NCBI GenBank assembly: GCA_030265395.1
Contig: JARFYF010000068.1
Coordinates: 11,185,337 to 11,249,336, forward strand
Direction of reading: 5' to 3'
DNA from: Rhina ancylostomus
Lineage: Eukaryota
DNA length: 64,000 nt
Shown here one piece after another: positions 54,301 through 64,000 of the stretch (its first letter is position 1; every line of letters starts with the position of its first letter). Both the position numbers and the translations under genes were made by a program. The notes under the pieces were generated by a model. The model did not search any database and had not been told where the DNA came from. It worked only from the letters and a program-made list of their open reading frames with translations.

Positions 54301-55144
54301 ACTCTCAGTAAGTATACAAAATAACGCTGAATGTTGAAGATGTGCTCTTGATTACGAAATTTAGATGGATATTGTTCCCTCGAAATGGAAGAATTTGCAC
54401 AAGGAGCCTCAAAACCAATTAAGGTCATTGTAATGACGACTAACCAAATACTGGCGTGCAAATAAATACTCTGAATTTAATGCCATATATGGAAATCGGA
54501 GTTAAGAAAATACCTGTATTGTCTAATCAGGAAAACAATGTGAGTTTGGAATTATCTGAGAATGATTACAATCAAAAGAGCCTCGGAATCTCAGTTAATT
54601 AAAGCTATCGTTCTCAGATATTATACTGCTAACCTTAATATTGGTAGCGGCCATTATGTTTTTCTTTTTTTCACGATTCTGCTTAGGTCAGTTCTCAAGA
54701 AATATTCCGTCAAGATATTTCTGCAGCATAGCTGAATAAGGGATGATTCTTGAGTCGTTTTCAAATTCTCTTATCCATATAATCACACGAACAGCTGGCG
54801 TATTTCTGGTGTTCATCTACTTGTTTTAAATGGTTAGTGTGAGGCAAACTATCCATGCGAGAAATTGTTGGGGCATTGACAAATGGCTTGTATACCAAAT
54901 TTCTGAGAGGACAATAGTTGTTTGTCAGCTATGGAGAATCACCAGAAGATCAGCTGCAAGAAATGATCATCTTCTGGATGTATTTTTCAAATAATGCAAC
55001 GAATATCTTGTGACCGCATTGTAAACTGAAGTGTGTTTTTAGAGAAATGGGATTATTCAAACAAGGATGGAACAGTGACACTTCAATAAGATGTCGGTAT
55101 TAACATTGTGATACATGCGACTGTACATACTGGATATATGTAGC

Positions 55145-55335
55145 AACACACAAAATGCTGGGGAAACTCAGCAGGTCAGGCAGAATCTATGGAGTTAACT
55201 GGAAAGTCGACTTTTCGGGTCAAGACCCATTCATCAGGACTCGATAAAGTGTGTGCACAAAAGAACATCAATTGTCCATTGACCTCAATAGCGCTGCTTG
55301 ACTCGCCGAATTCCTTCAGCATTTTGAGTTTTGTT
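55145..55335. mobile_element. Palindromic MER6/Penelope-derived MITE-like insert in the intron of copy 9
   Basis: ACACAAAATGCTGGGGAAACTCAGCAGGTCAGGCAG ... CTGCTTGACTCGCCGAATTCCTTCAGCATTTTGAG imperfect inverted ends. Confidence 0.65.
55205..55241 (-). ncRNA. Minimal type I hammerhead-ribozyme motif
   Basis: Minus strand: AGTC CTGATGA AT GGGTC TT GACCC GAAA A GTC GACT. Stem I AGTC/GACT, core CUGAUGA, perfect stem II, GAAA, GUC site; one substitution (GAAAA for GAAAC). Confidence 0.6.
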
Positions 55336-57509
55336 CTGTATGAGCATTGATGTGTAGGTACGGCTGTCAATAGTTGTTTTTTTAAAGGGAACCTCCGAAT
55401 AAAAATCCGGTTTTAACTCCGCCACAATGTTGTTTGAGAAACAGATGAAAGCAAACACACTCTTCTTGGGCAAAACAAATGTGTTGCATCGGCTAAGGCA
55501 AGACGGAAGAATCTGTTCCTTTCACAAACACTTGGACTAAATATTCTTTGATAATCTGTGAACAATAGACAGATTCGAATAAAATATAAAATAACAAACC
55601 AAAAGTAAAGAGTTTATTTTGACAGAGAGAAGACTTGGTTGCTCATTCTCCGAGAGCAATAAACATTTCTAATGAAAATTCCTTTCTTCTTTCACAGCTA
55701 ATTTGATGACAATATTCATCCTATCCTTTGGAATGTGTCGTCTGTCTAGATGCATCACCCGATACCTAATCTGGATGGCAGATCTAATGTACTTGATTGT
55801 TGGTGCACTTCTTTATGAGATTAAGGAAACGTATTTTCCACATTCATTCCTCAATTACACGCCTGCTTGTAGTCTTGAGTTCGCCGTGTGGTACTTTTCA
55901 ATTGATTGTTCTGTATGGCTAACAGTCGCTTTTACCTGTGATCGATTTATTGCTATTTGTTACCAGTCGTTAAGAACAAAATACTGCACTGCAAAAAACG
56001 CATCACGGATTATAACAGTGATTTGTTTGTTATGTATGGCAGAAAATATTCCATTGTACCTCGTATTTGAACCCGTGGAAACAATTGACAAGATGCCGTG
56101 GTACTGTTCTATAAAATCAAGCTTCTACACCTCACCACTTTGGGTTGCTTACTTGTGGTTAGAAACAATATTGACCCCATTTCTGCCATTTGTGTTGATC
56201 CTCATGTTCAACGCCTTGACGATAAGGCATATTATACTGACCAACAGAGTTAGGGCCAAACTTCGAGGAATTAACAGTGAGAAGAGCCAACCTGATGAAG
56301 AGCTTGAGAACAGAAGGAAATCAATTACTTTACTGATCGCGATATCCTGCAATTTTATCCTTTTGTGGATGTTAGCAAGTTCGCTTGCTTCATATCTGTA
56401 CAGTTTACTGCTTCTCAGTTGTTGTCAACAAAATACAACGACTCATTTACCATTGCGGAAGAACTTGGCTGCCTGCTAAGATTTTTGAGTACCTGTACAA
56501 ACACTTTCATTTACGCAATATCCCAGAGGAACTTCAGAAAGGAGTTGAAAAATACAATTAAACGCCCGTCGTTTCTCATCCTTAATGCATTTAAGTAAAT
56601 TATATGGTTTAGATTGTTAAACGGCTTATTTTTGTACAAAGTGGCAATCAATTATGTGGTAGATATGAAAACAGAAGTCCTCAGAAGTAGAATTTGATAC
56701 TATGTTTTAAAATTGCGTCGAAGAGTCTTCTTCCCAAGTTATAAGTACTGTTGTATCATTGGCAATTCATTTTATTTCAAGTAAAATAACTAAGACAAAC
56801 ATATCTGTTTACTTGAAAGTGAAGTGAACACGTTACTAGCTTCAGTGTAGCTTCACTTTGTTGAAGCGATTGATCAAACTGTGAGTCATGTCGCTGAACG
56901 TTCAGGTAAAAACGGAAACTGTTGAGTTTCCTGGAGAGGAGAGTTCATACAGTATCAATGCAGAAGAGTAAGAGAGTTTTCCTTTCAAGTTGTTGACCAA
57001 AGTAAAGTAAGATGGCTATCAAACGTATTTGGGGGGGGGGGGGGTGGGGGAGAGAGATTTACGTGCGTGTGATGTGAGCAAAAAAGCTGTGTTGTGTGAT
57101 AGGGAAATGGATAGAGGTGAATGTGAGATGTGAAGAGTACAAAACACACAACGATTTTTATCAAAGACACTTATTTGAAATCTGAAATAAACAAGAATCC
57201 TTGAATTAATCGGAAGGTCATGGAGCATCACGGAGTTAATATCCAAAATGTTGTATTCTGTCAAAATGGAAGGCCCGACCTGCAGTTATGTTTGGCTGCA
57301 ATGGGTAAGTATTACAGGGGAAGTGCAGGGAATTTAGACTGGAATGGTGTTCAACGCAGAATTAACAGAAAGTGGAAACACAGAATCCTTACAAAGTCCC
57401 CATCAATGGAGTTCCCGAATTTGCGTTCGGTTCGTGCAATCTCGAAAATGGGTTGTGACTTAAATACTGGCGCACTAAACTGGAAGAGGTATGAATGAAA
57501 TCCTCCTTC

Positions 57510-57671
57510 TGTTGTGAAACGGATTCTAGGTCTCAGAGGACAAGGGCTCTGAACACAGTCTGAGAGATTAATGATTTATTTACCAAGAAAACGCAGGGAA
57601 AAGGTAATGGGAACAACACACAGACAGGTGCACCAATTATGGCGAGGGTGGGAAAATCGCAACAAGAGTAA

Positions 57672-57738
<67 letters not shown>

Positions 57739-58241
57739 GCACATACAAACACACAACAAACTGGGTACAGACAGTCATGGGAAAGCAATACGACACCCGC
57801 TACCCCTTGACTCAGTGCAGGTACGGCTCTGTGCTACTGTGGATACCAACTGGAACGCTCCTAAACCTACTGACAGTGCACACCTTACCGACGATCTCTC
57901 CAGCGCCGTTCCACGGTTCCTCGGCCTGAGATGAAGTACGGTGAATACCTCGGACCAGTCAAAAGTGATCGAACAGGGCACACGTGGCACTCTTCATAGT
58001 GCTGGAGGGCTGTGGGGTTTGACCCAGGTAGTTTAAGAAGGCCAATGACCAGGTGTCAGCAAAGACTAAGCGATCACAAAAGCAATGGCCCGAAGCCAAG
58101 TACAAAGGTGCTTAAAGGGACCAATGGTCAGGTGTGCGCTGATGGGTGGGGTGGATTGGAGCAAAAACTGGATTAACAGTGATGTGTCTTTCGACCAATG
58201 AACAGTGCTGTTACGAGAGAGACACTGCCCTCCAAAATACA
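57510..58241 (-). mobile_element. ERV 3' LTR (~730 bp, contains (CA)n at ~57675-57735)
   Basis: Minus strand: polypurine tract GGAGGGGTGGAT then TG...; AATAAA at 57575-57580; ends ..CACAACA; lies directly downstream of env. Confidence 0.65.
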
Positions 58242-58299
58242 ATCCACCCCTCCAAAGTCACACTACTCGCATATCATGGTAATATCTAATGTTAAGCAA

Positions 58300-59559
58300 A
58301 GAACTATGTGTCAGTGTATAGTACTAATGGAAGGCAGACGTGCTCTTGAAAATCTGGGAAGCACAGCATAATAATGACAATGAGAATGAGGGCAGCTTCC
58401 CAGTGGATGACAGTTGCCTACCATCCCCCCAGAGACCCAAACGGCCACCAGTTTCCCCATGAGATGTCGTGCTGGATGAGCTGGTGCCTCGTGTTTTGAA
58501 TTTTGGCCACCGAGTCCCGAATATGAGCAGCCAAATGGGTGACGTTCCTTGACTCCTCAGTAACAAACGTGCAGCACTCCTTACCAGCCAGTGCATGGGG
58601 ACCACCATCGGCTGCGAATCGGTAACCCAGGGCCATTAGATTCTTCAGGACAACCATCCTGACGGCCGTCAGCTCAGCTGCAGTCTGCGTCAGGGAGTCT
58701 TCAGTATGTTGCAATGCCACTGACGTTTCGTTGTCCAATGCCTCGATCACGCTGGCCATCTGGATGACCTCACGGGACGATCGGGTCGTGCCATACGTGG
58801 GGCAGGCTATCATCAGAAACTTCTCCACCTCCGTGATGGCCCTCTTGTCCTGGTGGCCATTGCATTCCGGGTGCTCCCCAAGGTCATCTAGGGCGGGGAT
58901 AAAGGACACTACAAATGCTGGAAACCAGCAACCGTACCAGCTCCTGGGGAGCCACGATATCCGCATATCCAGTGAGTCTCATTCAAAGTCCAAGGAGCCC
59001 CCAGCTTAGCGGCAGATCGGCAGTGGTCACTGGGGCACCAGGATACCAGTTTCGCTCGCAGTCGCTGTGGCCAATTGAACTATGCACATTCGGGAGCCTG
59101 CACCAGCATTCCTGAAGCTTGCTCAACGGCTGTGACACGACCCTGAGTGTCGGGACTCGGGTGGAAGTCAAATTCTAGGGAAGGAAATCCCCTTCCCGAA
59201 ACACTAATCCCATCGATGATCACTGGAGGGACGNNNNNNNNNNNNNNNNNNNNNNNNNNNNNNNNNNNNNNNNNNNNNGAGAGGAGTGGTGGGGGACTGC
59301 CATTCGCCCCCACCCCCCAACAGATCTGTCAAACCTCACAGGAGCGAATAGTCGATGTGGACATTCATTTGAAAGTCGTCCACCAGGATCGGCGTTACTG
59401 GCAGAGCTTCAACGGCGTGTGCACTAGTTCGGACGCAATACAGCAGGCTGATTTATTAGTGGTGCTCGTTAATTCATTAACAACTCTGAGGAAGGTGTTG
59501 GAAGACATCCTGATGCCGATCATCGCGGTGAACAGAAGGGATGACTGGACTAATGCCAT
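58300..59559 (-). pseudogene. env: Endogenous retrovirus env (gamma-type), decayed
   Basis: CCTACAG|GACA ATG at 59559: MALVQSSLLFTAMIGIRMSSNTFLRVVNELTSTTNKSAC; cleavage-like QDKR|AITEVEKFL; heptad repeat; ISD-like VLKNLMALGYRFAADGG..LAGKECCTFV (degenerate LQNRxxLD..CX6CC). Confidence 0.85.
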
Positions 59560-59599
59560 TGTCCTGTAGGTGGTGGAGGGGTTTAAGGAACAGGATCAT

Positions 59600-60340
59600 T
59601 CTCGTCGGGTCAGGTGTTGGGTACGAAGACAAGACAGATTAGTGTGACCCGGAATCGCGACCCAACGGGTGACCCGGGACCGCACACGATTTGTTTTCCA
59701 TTCTGAGGGGGAACCTGTGGCTGTCGTACCCCTACTCTCCCTGAGTCCTCGGTCTCGGGTGGTTCGGTATCTTCCAATTCGGGAGGTGCGGAGTGTGCCA
59801 GATAGCGTGTCAGTGGTAACCACCCTCCCTTGGCCAGTGGGCCGTGTATTCAGCTGGTCGACAGCCTGCCCTGCTCAACCACCCCTGCAGTGTGCGGGAG
59901 GGTGTTAGCGTGCGCAGTTTTTATTTAGACCAGGCGTTCAATCAGGCCTGATGCCTGTGGGTGACAGTGTATATGGAACAGCCACGAGATCCCCGCCTCA
60001 GAAGTTCAGTTCTAGACCTTAGACTCAGCAAAGTGTGAGCCCTGATCGGATTGTACATCCCATGGGACACCACAGATGAAGGAGAAGTTCTGAAATCCTT
60101 TGATGGTGCTATCTGGTCGGCAATCTCATAGAGCACCGCCATCAGGACACCGAAGTATGTGTCCACTTTTGTGAGGCCGTACTACTTTTTATTTTGGCGT
60201 GGGAGCGGTCCGAAACTGTTTATCTGCCATACGCGACGCCCTCCCGTGCCGCGGCGAATGTGACCCGGTGGTCCTGATGGAAAACCTCGTGGCCTCATTT
60301 TCTGGCAGATAGGACATAACAACGACATGAGGTATAACGT
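59600..60340 (-). pseudogene. pol: ERV pol 3' end (integrase), decayed and 5'-truncated
   Basis: CPICQK (Zn finger), VWQINSFGPLP, VDTYFG, VQSDQGSHF, WLFHIHCHPQASGLIER across frameshifts. Confidence 0.85.
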
Positions 60341-60731
60341 AAGTGTTTTGACAAGAAGTTGTGCAATAATATTCTGAAGAAAGTGCGACAACAGATTGCT
60401 GGCTCGCCTGTTTTTTAAACAACGGCTTCCTCGTCTGGTAATCATCTGCAAATATGCCACCGCATGATATTGAATAAACAGAGTAAAGATTGTACGTTCA
60501 TACACTTTGATAGAGAAAACATTCTCACTGTTGAATCGGGGTCGCACAATTAGAACTGTTGATATTGAAAGCCCTATGACCACTCTGAGGGAAACTTGAA
60601 AAGATACAGCCTTATTGTACTGTTTTCTAATGATTCCGCACAAGGGTAGACATTCGTTGCAATGAGGCACGGTTTTTAAACATCTTCGTTTTGTCAAAAT
60701 TCAGAAGTTCAAGGGATAGATTCCATGTACT

Positions 60732-60943
60732 TGTCATGGTTCTGGGTTCTGGCCCGCACTTTAGATNNNNNNNNNNNNNNNNNNNNNNNNNNNNNNNNNN
60801 NNNNNNNNNNNNNNNNNNNNNNNNNNNNNNNNNNNNNNNNNNNNNNNNNNNNNNNNNNNNNNNNNNGTATCCTGACTCCAGTCTTGTATCAATGTGCCGC
60901 ATTTGGGTTCTCTGTGAGTTTGCTCTGGATCAACATTGTGACA
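60732..60943 (+). mobile_element. Sushi/Ty3-type LTR (spans an N gap) abutting the acceptor of copy 10
   Basis: TGTCATGGTTCTGGG...GGATCAACATTGTGACA; 3' part nearly identical to 26500-26578; no TSD. Confidence 0.8.
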
Positions 60944-60951
60944 GTTTGCAG

Positions 60952-61843
60952 TTAATTTGCAGTTAATCTACATCCTGTTCTCGGAAATTGCAGTCTCTTC
61001 AGCTACATCACCCTATGCCGCGTATGGATGGCTGCAGCTAATCTAATGCATTTGATAGTCGGCCGAATACTTGGATTAAGAACGCATATTCTCTACATTC
61101 ATTTCTCATTTGCACTCCTGTTAAATTGTTAATTTGGCCATGATTTTTGTTTATATTGATTGCTCTGTCTGGCTAACTGTGGCATTTACATTTGATCGAT
61201 TTGTTCAGATGGGTTGCCACTCCTTATGAACAAAATATTGCACTGCGAAACATACAGCAAGGGTTATTATAGTTACTTACCTGTTATGCATATTAGACAA
61301 TATTCAATCCTACTTCGCATTTAAAGCTTTAGAAGTAATTAATGTTGGGCCATAATTCAGTAATATAAAATCAAGCTTCCACATCTATCCATATGGGCTG
61401 CATTCTTACATTTGGACATAATCATAACGTCATTTCTCCCATTTGTGCCGATCCTCCTTCTCAATACCTTGAACATAAGGCATACAATACTAGCTAGCAA
61501 AGTCAGAAGAAATCTCCAAGGGAGCAAGAATGAAAAGAGACTGAAAGATCAAGATTGAAAACCGAAGGAAAGCAATACTTTTACTGCTCACAATATCTGT
61601 AAGTTTCAGTCTGTTATGGGTGGTCAATTGTTCCACTTGCATCTCCCAATATATATTAGATAATGGATGAAATCAAACGACAATGAAGCTTCCACCATTG
61701 TGAAGAAATTGGGGATCAGTTAAGATCTTTAAGTGCTTGCACAGACATCTGTATTTCTGCAGCCTCTCAAAGCATCTTCAGAGAAGAATTGAAGAATTGA
61801 AATGAAGCAGCCTCTTACCTTTATTCCCAGAATATTCAAATTG
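60952..61843 (+). pseudogene. GPR139-like pseudogene exon 2, copy 10 (paralog of intact copy 5)
   Basis: WMAAANLMHLIVGRI..WIKNAY, IDCSVWLTVAFTFDRFV, NRRKAILLLLTIS, SNDNEASTIV..FREELK; many stops and indels, so absent from the ORF track; exon 1 not found. Confidence 0.85.
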
Positions 61844-64000
61844 ATCAAATGGCTTTGGAACACGAAACAATTATGTCCACAGTTGCGTTTCAGTCATTCA
61901 TGAGAAATTCTCATAAGTAAATGCACAGCATTTGTATAACTGATGGGATAGGTTTCCCTGAAAGTGGGTGCGATCTATCATTTCATTCTCATTTCATTTT
62001 TTAATATCATATGTATGACTGCCCCCAATTATAGATAACCTGCAAAAATTGCGTTAATTTAAAGTAAGATATTTGAAACAAACAGGTTTGCTGATTTTAA
62101 CTGAAGTGATATCAACATATCAGTGATATGTTTAATTTTGGGAGGGATTTCTCTTTGTGTGAGTGTGAACGTTATCCTTTGTAGGCACTGAGAGTAAGCG
62201 AGAAAAGCCAACTGATTTTGCAATATTTCTGGAGTGCGATAAACGACTATGATGTTTCAAATTGATGACCTCTCATCAGAATTCAGAGGTTAAATATTAA
62301 ACTTATTTTGAGAGGAGAGATAAATGTTTGCCTGCCACAAAATAAATAACGTGCATGATTTTGAGACCAAGACAAAAGGAATGACGTTCGTGTTTGCGGT
62401 ATTGGCAAAGAACGGGTCCTGTAAGGTTTCTTATCATATCTGATCTGTCAGAAGAATTAGGTGAGTGTGGTGAATTCTGAAAGATGAGAGATCGAACCGA
62501 AAGGAACGTTGGGCAATGAAATGTATGATAAAATTCCTACAGGAAATATGACAGCAAAGATGATTCATGGTATACTTGGAATGCCAAAGAGCATCTGCAG
62601 AGGAAAAAACAAAACCAAGTAGCCACCAAGACTTCATCATCAAGCCCGAAAAACGGTTAGGTCTAGACTTCCAAGAAGAATTTAAAGAGGAAATGCAGAA
62701 AACAGTAACGGGGGAAGACCACTGGAGAAATGAGAAACAGTATACAGTTCAAATCCTGGACGCTCCATGAATAAGTCAGGATATAAAAAGCGGCATATAA
62801 TAAGTGGAGGCGATGCCGGGTGATAGTGATTGAATGAAGTCTCCGTTGCACCTGTCCCACTGATAGTGAAAGTTCGACAATTATTGAACAATAGAAGGCC
62901 TTGACATCTGCAATTGGTAGGGAATATAGACATGGATAAACTGGCTCTGGCTTTTTCGGAAAACTGGTGTTTTAGCGGAGATTTGGCATGAGCATTCAAA
63001 ATGTTGAGGGGCATAGATTACAAAATCACAACGCTGTAAATGTTGGAAATTTGTCGGAAAATGTGCAATGCAGGACATACGCAGAAATTGAGACAGTGTG
63101 AGTGGCAAGAGAAACTGATTTTAAATTTCATATAGACGACAATAATGCAGGTGTAGAGCAGTGCGTATTAAGTTTTCAATTGAGTTTGGGGAGAACAACA
63201 GGAATATCAGTGATAGGGCAGAGAACAAGGATATCCATGTCACTTTGTTCAGTGCACTTAATCATGATATTCTATATGATCACCTGTGGATCTGAAGAGT
63301 GAAAAATGAAATTTCGTTTCGAATCAATGTGAAATGAATTAGTAACTGAGACATACAAGTGAATCGCCATTTTTATAAATCCTTATTGAATGCCATCTTA
63401 TTTTCATCAAACTTAATATGCACATTATCACGAAATTTCTGCAATTTCCCACTCCGCTCTCTGCAAGTTAAATCATGCTCGCTTCTCGTGTTTCTTGTTT
63501 GATTAATGGGATATTGATATGAAACGTCAGAATTTGACTCACTCCATCGAAGCCGACCGATCGTCAAATGCCGTCCAGTATTTTCCGTTTTCTTTNNNNN
63601 NNNNNNNNNNNNNNNNNNNNNNNNNNNNNNNNNNNNNNNNNNNNNNNNNNNNNNNNNNNNNNNNNNNNNNNNNNNNNNNNNNNNNNNNNNNNNNNNNNNN
63701 NNNNNNNNNNNNNNNNNNNNNNNNNNNNNNNNNNNNNNNNNNNNNNNNNNNNNNNNNNNNNNNNNNNNNNNNNCATAAATACGTCCTCTGCACTATCTCC
63801 GGAACATTGTAATAATTCATCATTGCTTCGGATTCACTTTTCAGACGACCACAAGCTATTCATTTCTGTGGGGATTTTACTATTGCTAGGAATGAGGCAC
63901 ATCGAAAAATCATTTCGGTTGTTTGCGAAATAATCCTCCTGAGTAATGCTGGAACCGGCAACAACATTGTCATTTAGAAAGCAAGTTAAAAGCTATACTT

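Larger units (their letters stand above)
53653..56598 (+). pseudogene. Near-intact GPR139-like receptor, copy 9 (exon 1 53653-53722, exon 2 55698-56598), one frameshift
   Basis: Exon 1 MGLPVILQIERIYYPILVAIGVP-G|GT; acceptor TTTCACAG; open through TM6 (LLWM). Frameshift at ~56372-56376; the correct TM7/C-tail (STCTNTFIYAISQRNFRKELK) is in ORF 56365-56598. Also a 2-codon deletion (MADL vs MAAADL). Confidence 0.88.

Overview
Vertebrate, AT-rich, repeat-dense draft-assembly window with several N gaps; the repeat content (V-SINE/HE1-like SINEs, CR1, Penelope, Rex1) and the gene family point to a cartilaginous fish (inference). The dominant feature is a tandem birth-and-death cluster of about 10 copies or fragments of a two-exon class A GPCR of the GPR139/GPR142 family. 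Exon 1 is ~70 nt and ends ...YYPILxxIGVP-G|GT (phase-1 intron); exon 2 starts AG|CT AAT (A-N-L-x-T-I) and encodes the rest of the 7TM. Only one copy (26628-30416, 322 aa) is intact, one (53653-56598) has a single frameshift, and the rest are pseudogenes or fragments. Copies share a TATA-like box exactly 78 nt upstream of the start codon, but in the intact copy a Sushi/Ty3-type LTR ends at -50 and occupies that position. The window also has four copies of that LTR (one with gag), a solo Gypsy LTR with a TSD, a truncated ERV with class III-like integrase and gamma-type env, a Tc1 transposon, CR1/Rex1/Penelope remnants, and minimal hammerhead-ribozyme motifs. Most short ORFs in the track are spurious.
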